Shown here piece by piece: positions 15,611-23,511 of a stretch of 32,000 nt of DNA; the stretch's first letter is position 1; every line of letters begins with the position of its first letter. The notes beneath the pieces are model-generated. The model was not told the origin of the DNA. It did not search any database and was given only the letters and a program-made list of their open reading frames with translations. Position numbers and translations under genes: made by a program. This DNA comes from Pyrodictium delaneyi. Its GTDB lineage: Archaea > Thermoproteota > Thermoprotei_A > Sulfolobales > Pyrodictiaceae. The stretch is taken from NCBI RefSeq assembly GCF_001412615.1, contig NZ_CP013011.1, positions 1,830,001 to 1,862,000 of the forward strand, written 5' to 3'.

Positions 15611-16798
15611 ATGGCAGTTCATTATCTCCACTTCTACGCGCCCCGCGGCATACGCGTAGCTAGGGCCGAGGGCCAGTACGTCTGGGACACTGAGGGCCGT
15701 CGCTACCTCGACGCCCACACGGGGCACGGTGTCGCGTTTCTCGGCCACAGACATCCTCGGATCGTCGAGGCGATACGGGAGGCCCTCGACACGGTCATGG
15801 TGGCGCCGCCTGGCCTAGCAGGGCCCTGGCTAGAGGAGATGCTCGAAGCCCTAGAACCCGTACTCCCCAACGGCATGGAGTACGTGACACTGCTCAATAG
15901 TGGCGCCGAAGCAGTAGAGCTCGCGCTGAAGATAGCCCGGCGCGTGACGGGGCGCAGCGAGATAGTTTACTTCACCGGCAGCTTCCACGGCAGGACTATG
16001 GGCGCGCTATCGGTGACCTCTAGCAGCCCTCTCTACCGGCAGGGCTACGAGCCCCTCGTACCAGACACTAGGCGCGCACGTTTCAACAACGTGGAGGACG
16101 TGGAGAGGGTTGTGACCGAGCAGACTGCGGCCGTCATAGTCGAGCCCATACAGGGGGAGGGCGGCGTCAACCCCGCATCGCCAGAGTTCATGCAGGCACT
16201 GCGCCGCCGCTGCGACGAGGTCGGCTGTCTACTCGTCGTGGACGAGGTGCAGACGGGGTTCGGCCGCACCGGCTGCATCTGGGCCCACGAGCATTACGGG
16301 ATCCGCGCAGACATAATCACGGCTGGCAAGGCTATCGGCGGCGGCTTCCCCGTCAGCATGGTGGCTGTGCCGGGCTGGATAGCTGAGAAGCTGCCCCCGG
16401 GCTTCCACGGCAGCACATACGGCGGCAACCCCATGGCCATGAAGGCCGTCGCGGCTGCTAGCCGCGTCCTCGTAGAGGAGAGAGTGCCCGACCAAGCGGC
16501 AGAGAAAGGCGCGCTGTTGAAGCAACTGCTAGAGGATATGCTCGACGGTGTCCGGGTAGTGCGCCGGGTCAAGGGCATGGGTCTCATGCTGGGCGTGGAA
16601 CTCCGGCTCCGCCCCGACCCGGTTCTCCGCTGCCTCCAGGAGGAGAAGAGGATCCTAGCCCTCAAGGCGGGCTCTACTGTCGTCAGGCTCCTGCCGCCCT
16701 ACCTGGTGACCCGCGAGGACATAGAGGCGATGGCTAGCGGGGTGCGGGACTGTGTACTACGGCTCCAGAGCAGCCAGGCTACTCAGAGAGCTGGTTAG
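15611..16798 (+). CDS. lysJ: Class III aminotransferase LysJ ([LysW]-aminoadipate semialdehyde / acetylornithine-type transaminase)
   Basis: 395 aa with LNSGAEAVE, LLVVDEVQTGFGRTG and the PLP-lysine region TAGKAIGGGFP. Its position in the lysWXJK order supports the call. Confidence 0.9.
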   Translation: MAVHYLHFYAPRGIRVARAEGQYVWDTEGRRYLDAHTGHGVAFLGHRHPRIVEAIREALDTVMVAPPGLAGPWLEEMLEALEPVLPNGMEYVTLLNSGAEAVELALKIARRVTGRSEIVYFTGSFHGRTMGALSVTSSSPLYRQGYEPLVPDTRRARFNNVEDVERVVTEQTAAVIVEPIQGEGGVNPASPEFMQALRRRCDEVGCLLVVDEVQTGFGRTGCIWAHEHYGIRADIITAGKAIGGGFPVSMVAVPGWIAEKLPPGFHGSTYGGNPMAMKAVAAASRVLVEERVPDQAAEKGALLKQLLEDMLDGVRVVRRVKGMGLMLGVELRLRPDPVLRCLQEEKRILALKAGSTVVRLLPPYLVTREDIEAMASGVRDCVLRLQSSQATQRAG

Positions 16799-17840
16799 CG
16801 TCTACAGCCCCACCTTCATGGAGGACGATGCCGCGAAGCTGCTCGTCGACGAGGCCTGGAGCCTGGGCTTCAGCGCCGCCTGGCGCGACGCGGTGGGGAA
16901 CGCCCGGCTACTAGTGGAGCCCAGCGAGCCCGTTGAGGACCCGCCGCGCGTGGCCCTAGTCAGCCACATAGACACGGTCCCGGGCTGGGTCGAGCCCTCG
17001 TCTCCCCCCGGCGTGGTCCGTGGCCGGGGCGCGGTGGACGCTAAGGCACCGCTAGCAGCGATGGTGGTTGCCGCCTCTCTCTACCGGCCCCGGAGGATTC
17101 TCGTAGAAGTTGTAGCAGCTGTCGGCGAGGAGGGCCCGAGCCACGGCGCATGGTACCTCGTAGACTCGGGGTGGAAAGCAGACGTTGTCATCATAGGCGA
17201 GCCTACCAACACGACCAAGGTGGCTATAGGCTACCGTGGCGGCGCCCGGTTCCGGGTACGCTGCCAGGGCGAGCCGGGACATGCTAGCAGTAGCTGGCTG
17301 TACCGTAGCGCCTGCAGCCTAGCAGTAGAGGCCTACCAGGCCATAGAGGAGCTGAGCGAGCCCACGGCAAAGGGCTACACGTTCACAGTAACCTGGATGA
17401 GCTGCGGCAGCGGCGGCAACATAGTCGCAGACGAGGCCCAGCTAGAGGTTGATCTACGCATACCCCCAGGCGGCAGCCTGGAAGAGGCGCTCAAGAGGCT
17501 GGAAGCCCGGCTACCCGAGGGCTGCATCGCGGAGAGGCCCAGCAGCTGGCTCCCACCGGTCTCTGTGAAGCCCAGTAGCCCGGCTCCGCGCGCCCTGATA
17601 CGCGCCCTGCTAGCTGAGGGCTACCGGGCCCAGCCCGTCGTGAAGGCTGGGACAAGCGACATGAACATACTCTACCAGGTAGCGGGCAGCATAGCAGCCT
17701 ACGGCCCCGGGAGGAGTGAGCTAAGCCACACCCGCTACGAGGAGATAACCATCGCGGAGCTAGACCTAGCTGTACGCGTCTACATAAACGCGCTACGTGA
17801 GCTCGAGAAGACCCTGGCCAGGACACGGGCGCCAGCATAG
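16752..17840 (+). CDS. lysK: M20-family deacylase LysK ([LysW]-lysine / ornithine hydrolase, ArgE-like)
   Basis: 362 aa with HIDTVPG, GRGAVDAK and IIGEPT blocks of ArgE/DapE-type metallopeptidases. The only canonical start ahead of the conserved N-terminus is GTG 16752, giving a 47-nt overlap with lysJ. Confidence 0.85.
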   Translation: MYYGSRAARLLRELVSVYSPTFMEDDAAKLLVDEAWSLGFSAAWRDAVGNARLLVEPSEPVEDPPRVALVSHIDTVPGWVEPSSPPGVVRGRGAVDAKAPLAAMVVAASLYRPRRILVEVVAAVGEEGPSHGAWYLVDSGWKADVVIIGEPTNTTKVAIGYRGGARFRVRCQGEPGHASSSWLYRSACSLAVEAYQAIEELSEPTAKGYTFTVTWMSCGSGGNIVADEAQLEVDLRIPPGGSLEEALKRLEARLPEGCIAERPSSWLPPVSVKPSSPAPRALIRALLAEGYRAQPVVKAGTSDMNILYQVAGSIAAYGPGRSELSHTRYEEITIAELDLAVRVYINALRELEKTLARTRAPA

Positions 17841-18096
17841 CCCGGGAGACCGTCTCTTGAGCCTCGGCTGGAGGTTGTGTAAGCCGCAGCCAGAGAAGTC
17901 TGATGCTCCGGAGATGTATCTGCCTCTCGTGGCCCAGCTGCCGCCTTAAAGGTCTTCTCGGCTCTTTGTATGCATGAGCAGCCTCCCGGTGGCTAGACGG
18001 AGGGCCGGGTAGTTGCCAAAGCCCAGTCCCTGCCTATCCCTAGCTCAATGTCCGGCTCTAGAGCCTCACCGAGACTCGCTGCTCGCAACAGCCGGG

Positions 18097-18315
18097 TCAC
18101 CAGATGATGTTCCTTGAGTATACTTGCCGCCTCGGGTCAGAGTCAAGGTCCTCGACTAGGCGTTTTAGCCTCTCCCTGCCGACCTTGTCCAGCAGTAGCC
18201 TTATCCCCTCCACAGCTAGTAAGCTGAGCCACGAGTTCGGCGTCCCTGAGACCCCCGGCAGCTCCGAGGCCCCGCACCACCACGCGGCAGCAGGACACCG
18301 CATAGGCGCTCTCAT
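18097..18315 (-). CDS. Possible small protein (<=72 aa), start unclear
   Basis: The C-terminal 45 aa look protein-like (LLAVEGIRLLLDKVGRERLKRLVEDLDSDPRRQVYSRNIIW); the N-terminal part looks poor. It is divergent from the 18345 gene. Its stop overlaps a GTG that opens a further 35-codon ORF. Confidence 0.3.
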   Translation of the reverse strand: MRAPMRCPAAAWWCGASELPGVSGTPNSWLSLLAVEGIRLLLDKVGRERLKRLVEDLDSDPRRQVYSRNIIW

Positions 18316-18344
18316 GAACCCTCCGGAACCAATGGTGTCGGGTA

Positions 18345-18773
18345 TTGCCAGTGGATCTTAGAGAGGTCCTTGAGAGACTCCGGGAATATGGGCTCCGCTG
18401 TAGCGTCTCCCCCGAGGAGCTGCTAGCATACATCCAGGGCCCGAGCTACGAGGATGACAGGGTGACGCAGGAAGAGATACTGGGCGAGGAGCTTCTCCTG
18501 CTACACGAGGCCGCAGAGATATGCATTCTGAAGAACATGGGCTACCGGATAACCCGGGGCACCGTTGTGGAGGCGTACCCCGACACCTACCGAGCACACC
18601 TCATAGCCCTGGGTATAGAGCTCGCCGAAGCCGAGAGGCTAGGCAGGCTAGACTGGATCGCGAGGAGGTGTAGGGATCTAGCAAGCTACTTTGACGACCC
18701 CCACCTACCTTCCGGCATGGAAGACGCTGTGAGCCAGCTCATTAGCCGCTACTGCGGGGGTGTATTGACGTAG
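18345..18773 (+). CDS. Hypothetical acidic protein (142 aa)
   Basis: The composition is clean and helical (REVLERLREYGL, EEILGEELLLLHEAAEICILKNMGY, HLIALGIELAEAERLGRLDWIARRCRDL). TTG start. No family recognised. Confidence 0.6.
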   Translation: MPVDLREVLERLREYGLRCSVSPEELLAYIQGPSYEDDRVTQEEILGEELLLLHEAAEICILKNMGYRITRGTVVEAYPDTYRAHLIALGIELAEAERLGRLDWIARRCRDLASYFDDPHLPSGMEDAVSQLISRYCGGVLT

Positions 18774-18876
18774 CACTTGTACTTCGTCCTAAGGCGCGTC
18801 TAGAAGGTATTCGCTAGGCGCGTTTCGGTAGCCCGGCGGCCTCTAGCGCGGCCTAGCCCTCTAGCCGCGGACGGTA

Positions 18877-19098
18877 CTATGGCCGCGAATGTGGCTGCTG
18901 AGGCGAGTAGAAGGACTGGTAGGAGCTGAGGACTCCGGCTGTAATGGTTACCGCCGCGGCTAGTGTGCCCCACGATACCGTGGCCAGCGCTATTATCCTG
19001 GCTGTGGCGCTGCCAGAGAGCCTCTGTAGGAGCGTAGTCAAGGCTATGAAGAGGAGGCTATTGCTGAGCCTGTTGGCCAGCAGCGCGGCGAGCAGCAT
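18877..19098 (-). CDS. Possible small two-helix membrane protein (73 aa from ATG 19098)
   Basis: MLLAALLANRLSNSLLFIALTTLLQRLSGSATARIIALATVSWGTLAAAVTITAGVLSSY... contains two hydrophobic segments. Weak call in a region of low coding density. Confidence 0.3.
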   Translation of the reverse strand: MLLAALLANRLSNSLLFIALTTLLQRLSGSATARIIALATVSWGTLAAAVTITAGVLSSYQSFYSPQQPHSRP

Positions 19099-19548
19099 GA
19101 CCCACGGTTCGCGTGTGTATATGCGCGAGCGCGGCTGCCAGCACAACGGGGTAAACCACCACGGCTATAGAGCCGAGCGTACGTGCCCGTAGGGCCTCTG
19201 GCCCGTAGCATGCCTCCCACCACTGCTATGCTTGCTGCTAGCCGACCCAAGACTACTGCCTATCCGTAGCAACCTAGTCCGTTGCACCATGTACTTGTTA
19301 TTGCTAGCCCTCCTGCTCCTCATGCCAGCTACCGCGCTACTCCTGGGTGTAGATCTGGCTGCACCGAGTCCTCACCTGGCTCGTCACCTTAAGGTATAGC
19401 AGCACCCAAGGGCAGCACTCAAGGCGTACCAGGCAAGCACCACTAGCCTCCGGGCCCTAGTGCCGTCCCGCCGAGAGGGCCTACTGGTCTGCTGACATCC
19501 CAGGGAAGGCGTGTTTACCCCCGAGGGCCTACGTTCCCTTACCGGGAT

Positions 19549-19947
19549 GTGTCAAAGTTGGCTGGTAGCGGTGTCCTGCTGGGCTATACGCTTCCCTGCC
19601 GAAGGAGGGCAGCGCTAGACCTCGTCAAGAGGCTGGAAAGGAGTCTCCGGGCAGAGCGGGCCAGCGCCGGGCTCTTCGCTGTACTGTTCATCGCTGTGCC
19701 TACACTACTGATGCCCTATGCCAGTCTGAGCCCGCTCGGCGCCCGGCTGCTCACACTGCTCTTCGTGCTCGGCGCCGCGGGCTCAAGCGCCGCTATCGTC
19801 TCGAAGACCCTGCTGCTCCGGAGGCTATGGAAGCTGCGCCAGCACCTAGAGGAGCTAGGCTCGGAGGAGCTTCCAGAAAGCCTCTGTAGCGTCGAACTCA
19901 GGGAGCTGCTTGGGCGGGGCTGGGTAGATAAGCCCCGGGAGGCCTAG
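19549..19947 (+). CDS. Hypothetical membrane protein (132 aa, two TM segments, charged helical tail)
   Basis: GLFAVLFIAVPTLLMPYASL and ARLLTLLFVLGAAGSSAAIV are hydrophobic helices. GTG start. It ends 26 nt before the ARH-like gene on the same strand. Confidence 0.6.
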   Translation: MSKLAGSGVLLGYTLPCRRRAALDLVKRLERSLRAERASAGLFAVLFIAVPTLLMPYASLSPLGARLLTLLFVLGAAGSSAAIVSKTLLLRRLWKLRQHLEELGSEELPESLCSVELRELLGRGWVDKPREA

Positions 19948-19973
19948 GCAGATGTGTTAGGGGTTCCAGCTCT

Positions 19974-20909
19974 ATGCCGCTTCTAGAGGTCGAAGACAAT
20001 GCTGTAGAACTGATCCGGAATGTGCTGCTAGGGACTGCGCTGGGCGAAGCGCTCGGCCTACCAGTGGCAATGGCGGGAGGCAGCATAGGCTCCGAGGCTA
20101 TACTCGTGAACGGGCTCTACGCCTACGGCAGCGTGACCGAGATGATGCTACTCCTAGCGGAGAACCTCGCAGAGAACTGCGGGTTCAACCCCAAGAGCTA
20201 CGCAGAGGCTCTAGCCAAGAGGGCTGACTTGGAGAACCCTCTCCGCTTCTACCACCCCGCCACTGCGGCTGCGATAGCCGGTATACGCCGCGGTGAACCC
20301 TGGTGGAAGGCCCGCGAGCAGCCCTTCCAGAACGGTCCCCGGCTCGACGCAGCCGCCCGGGCTGCCCCGATAGCTCTGTTCTACCGTTCACAACGCGTAG
20401 CAGCCTCCATGGCCGAAGCCCAGGCACTCGTGACACACAATAGTAGCCACGACGTAGAGGCCGCGAGACTCTACGTGATAGCTCTACACCACACCCTCTA
20501 CCGGCTGGATCCAGGCCAGCTCCCCTTAGTCCTCGAGGACGAGGCCCAGGACACGTTGCTCCGGGAGCTCATGGCCAGGCTGCCAGACCTGGCCGGGGAG
20601 CCCATAGACCGGGCTGCCAAGCTGCTAGCACCTCTGCCCGGCGGCGAGCCACACCCGCTTGCTGCTGCGCTATACGCCTACATGAGGAGCCCAGAAAACC
20701 CGCTAGAAGCCGCCCGGACGGCTGCAGGGATTGCAGTAGGTTCAGCGGATACAGCCGCGGCTATGGCCGCTGCTCTGGCCGCCGCCTACCAGGGGCTCCG
20801 ACAGATAGACGACATACTCCTAGAGAGGCTCGAGGCCGCAGAGTGGGTCGAGATGGCCTCACACCAGCTCTACAACGCGAGCAGGATATGCCACGGCGAA
20901 GAGCCTTAG
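19974..20909 (+). CDS. ADP-ribosylglycohydrolase (ARH/DraG) family protein with degenerate metal-binding motifs
   Basis: 311 aa. Family landmarks are present but altered: LLGTALGEALGLPVA (GDALG-type block), GSVTEMMLLLAENL (TDDT-type block) and GSADTAAAMAAALAAAYQG (GGDTDT..A.AGAL.GA block). Confidence 0.8.
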   Translation: MPLLEVEDNAVELIRNVLLGTALGEALGLPVAMAGGSIGSEAILVNGLYAYGSVTEMMLLLAENLAENCGFNPKSYAEALAKRADLENPLRFYHPATAAAIAGIRRGEPWWKAREQPFQNGPRLDAAARAAPIALFYRSQRVAASMAEAQALVTHNSSHDVEAARLYVIALHHTLYRLDPGQLPLVLEDEAQDTLLRELMARLPDLAGEPIDRAAKLLAPLPGGEPHPLAAALYAYMRSPENPLEAARTAAGIAVGSADTAAAMAAALAAAYQGLRQIDDILLERLEAAEWVEMASHQLYNASRICHGEEP

Positions 20910-21150
20910 CCGGGGGATGCCCCCGGCGAGGTAATACTACTTTCTAGACGCGCTAGGAGCTAACAGTACATTCTAGCCTCAACACCTAGGAATATTGTGT
21001 AACCCTCTGGCCAGTACCCTGGTAGTACCCGGGAGTCTTGGCACCCAGGCCCCTTCATTGGTGTATCTGGCTTCTAGCCCTGCCTGCTATACTACTCAGT
21101 GTAGGGGAGGTTCTCCCCTCCTCTCGCCCTGCTGCCAAGGACTAGCATAG

Positions 21151-21879
21151 GTGCCGGCTGCTATGGGCTCCGCGGCGCCCGGCGTCCGGGAGAGGGTGCT
21201 AGAGTTCCTCGCCGAGTACGGGGAGAGGGGTTATGCTGTTCTACGCGCCGCGGTCGACGCCGCTACCTCTGCCCGGGGGCGCCGCGGGGTCCGCTTGGGG
21301 GACTTTAGCCACCGGGAGGTCGTGACGCGGCTAAAGGCTTGGGGTATAGACTACAACCCCTCGATGCTCCTCAGAGTCCTGGAGCGCGACTACGGGGTCA
21401 TCGAGACTAGCTACCGGAGTAGCAACCAGCACTGGTGGCGCTTCCTCGACCTAGACGCCGTAGTGGAGGCCCTCGACGCCTACGACCAGGGCATAGACGC
21501 AACAGAGCCCCCGATTGAGGGCGACGAGGAGGAACTCCTAGACCCCGAGACCGAGCTGCTACGGGTCCAGATAGCGAGCCTAGACCCCGCGGGCATGCTT
21601 GAGGAGCTACGCCGCCTAGCAGCAAAGCCCCGGCTAGCCCGCACAGAGCTAGCGAGACTCCGCAGCCTGGCCTTCAACGAACTAGAGCTAGCAGCGAGGC
21701 TGCTACGCCGCGCAGAAGAGCTAGGCTACGACGGCCCCGAAGTCGAGATGCTACGCGAGGCGATAAAGCTGGCCGGCAGGCTCAGCCGCCGGCTACTCTC
21801 AGCCGCGAGGCTCACAGCCGAGAGCCGTCGCACAGTAATGGAGCTGGCAAGGACCGGTTCAGGGCTCCTAGAGCCCTAG
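21151..21879 (+). CDS. Hypothetical protein (242 aa): N-terminal wHTH-like region, acidic linker, Arg/Leu-rich helical C-terminus
   Basis: RVLEFLAEYGERGYAVL ... NPSMLLRVLERDYGVIETSYRSSNQHWWRF resembles a winged helix. It is followed by EPPIEGDEEELLDPETELL and long amphipathic helices. GTG start. Confidence 0.6.
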   Translation: MPAAMGSAAPGVRERVLEFLAEYGERGYAVLRAAVDAATSARGRRGVRLGDFSHREVVTRLKAWGIDYNPSMLLRVLERDYGVIETSYRSSNQHWWRFLDLDAVVEALDAYDQGIDATEPPIEGDEEELLDPETELLRVQIASLDPAGMLEELRRLAAKPRLARTELARLRSLAFNELELAARLLRRAEELGYDGPEVEMLREAIKLAGRLSRRLLSAARLTAESRRTVMELARTGSGLLEP

Positions 21880-22250
21880 ACTCCCCTAGATACCATATGA
21901 GCAGAGACTAGGAGAGCTGCTAGGACTGCTTCTACCGTCTCGCCTGGCGACATCTGGCAGTCAGCGCAGATGTGGAGCCCTGCGTAGTAGTGTAGAGCTG
22001 CCGCTAGGGTCAGTAGTGGTGCGGCGAGAGCTGTTCCGCTTCGGCGGAGCAAGTGGAGCGCGGCCGTCTCTGCTGCGAGGGGTGCTGCGAAAACTGGGAG
22101 CAGCTTGTGGAGGGCTTCCTTTCCGTCGAGCTTCGCGCCGTCCCAATAGCCCTCGGGGTTTAGCAGCAGGAAGAAGACCGAGAGCGCGTCGAGGGCTACG
22201 AGGATCATGGTTATGGTTGTTGCAGCGTAGAGAAGTGCTGTCCTCCACAC
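21876..22250 (-). CDS. Hypothetical membrane protein (124 aa)
   Basis: There are three to four hydrophobic helices (TALLYAATTITMILVALDALSVFFLLL, LLPVFAAPLAAETAALHLL, ALAAPLLTLAAALHYYAGL). It lies 76 nt downstream of the stomatin gene on the same strand. Confidence 0.55.
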   Translation of the reverse strand: MWRTALLYAATTITMILVALDALSVFFLLLNPEGYWDGAKLDGKEALHKLLPVFAAPLAAETAALHLLRRSGTALAAPLLTLAAALHYYAGLHICADCQMSPGETVEAVLAALLVSAHMVSRGV

Positions 22251-22326
22251 GGCTATGACACCACACAGCGCCGGAGAGTTCTGGGAGAGAGAAAAGAGCG
22301 AGAGAAGAGCCTGGCTGCGTGAAGGG

Positions 22327-23406
22327 CTATCCCTTCTGTTTTGCCTGGTTCTTGGCTGGTTCTTCTGCTAGCTCTTTGGGCGGCTTGAGTAATTCTTCTA
22401 GCTTTTCGGGGTTTTGGCGACGTAGCTGCTCTGCCTCCTCTTGTAGGCGTTTTACCTCGCTCATTAGGTCCTCGCTCTTGGGTAGTGGGCCTAGTAGCTG
22501 TTCTAGCCGCTGGAGTGCCTCCTGCAGGACCTCGACGTCTGCTCGGCCTGGCTGTGGCTTCTCGGCTGCACCGGCTAGGTGGCTGCTGAGCGTCTCTAGG
22601 AGCCTTGTGACCTCGTATGGTACGACTATCTTGGCGGCCTGCCCCCTGCCTAGCTCCTGGAGCGTCTCCATTGCGAGTATGCTGAGCGCTTGTGGGGTCA
22701 TTGCGGCGGAGGCTGCTGCGAGTATCCTTAGTCTCTGGGCCTCGCCGAGAGCCCGTAGGATGAGGGCCATACGCTCGCCCTCGGCGCGTAGCACTCTGCT
22801 GGCTCTTTCGCCCTCCGCGCGCAGTATCATTGCCTGTTTCTCGCCCTCGGCTTGGAGTATTGCTGCTCTCCTCTCTCCGTCGGCGCGTAGTATCGCTGCG
22901 CGCCGCTCCCTCTCGGCGGCTGTCTGCTCCTCCATGGCCTTCTTGACGGTAGGGCTGGGCTCTACCTCTCGTATCTCGACGCTCTCTACGCGGACGCCCC
23001 ACTTGTCTGTGGCCTCGTCTAGTATTCGACGAAGCCGGGCGTTTATCGCTGCGCGGTTGTAGAGTATCTCGTCGAGCTCCATGTCGCCTATGACGCTTCG
23101 GAGCGTCGTCTGGGCTAGCGCCACCACGGCCATACGGTAGTCCTCAACCTCGAAGAACGCCTTCTTGGGATCGACCACCCGGAAGTAGACGATAGCGTCG
23201 ACGACTACCGGGGAGTTGTCCCGGGTTATAACCTCCTGCTTCGGGATGTCCACGACTTGTGTGCGCAGGTCTATCCGGTAGACGCTGCTGATGAAGGGCG
23301 GGACCCAGTGCAGCCCCGGCCGGAGAACACCCATGAACCTGCCGAGCCTGATGTAGATGCCTACCTCCCAGGGCCGTATGACACGGACTCCTGCCGCGAC
23401 CAGCAC
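22327..23406 (-). CDS. Stomatin/prohibitin-family (SPFH) protein; the true N-terminus probably lies upstream (in-frame to 23511)
   Basis: SPFH core (IDLRTQVVDIPKQEVITRDNSPVVVDAIVYFRVVDP, TTLRSVIGDMELDEIL), then Ala/Glu/Arg 11-residue repeats and a long acidic tail. The hydrophobic anchor lies in frame upstream of the GTG at 23406. Confidence 0.92.
   Translation of the reverse strand: MLVAAGVRVIRPWEVGIYIRLGRFMGVLRPGLHWVPPFISSVYRIDLRTQVVDIPKQEVITRDNSPVVVDAIVYFRVVDPKKAFFEVEDYRMAVVALAQTTLRSVIGDMELDEILYNRAAINARLRRILDEATDKWGVRVESVEIREVEPSPTVKKAMEEQTAAERERRAAILRADGERRAAILQAEGEKQAMILRAEGERASRVLRAEGERMALILRALGEAQRLRILAAASAAMTPQALSILAMETLQELGRGQAAKIVVPYEVTRLLETLSSHLAGAAEKPQPGRADVEVLQEALQRLEQLLGPLPKSEDLMSEVKRLQEEAEQLRRQNPEKLEELLKPPKELAEEPAKNQAKQKG
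22720..22917 (-). repeat. About six tandem 33-nt (11-codon) repeats inside the stomatin gene
   Basis: Protein register: ERERRAAILRA / DGERRAAILQA / EGEKQAMILRA / EGERASRVLRA / EGERMALILRA / LGEAQRLRILA. Confidence 0.8.
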
Positions 23407-23511
23407 TGAGAGGGCTGTGCCGAGGACTAGGGCTGCCAGGGCTAGCAGAGGCTGCGCCAGGGAGAATCCACCCCACGCTAGTACCGGGTAGAGGCTAGCT
23501 TGCTGCAGACC

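Noticed and set aside
22253-23062. Two long ORFs overlap the stomatin gene: 22253..23002 on the minus strand (extremely Arg/Thr/Ser/Gly-rich) and 22319..23062 on the plus strand (Ser/Ala/Arg-rich).
   Set aside because: They are alternative-frame and antisense shadows of the repeat-rich, GC-rich stomatin coding sequence. Their composition is not protein-like, while the third ORF has unmistakable SPFH motifs.
23285-23360. A C/D-box-like TGATGA with later CTGATG motifs lies on the plus strand.
   Set aside because: It lies inside and antisense to the stomatin coding sequence, the spacing of the C, D', C' and D boxes does not fit, and there is no terminal stem. It is most likely coincidental.
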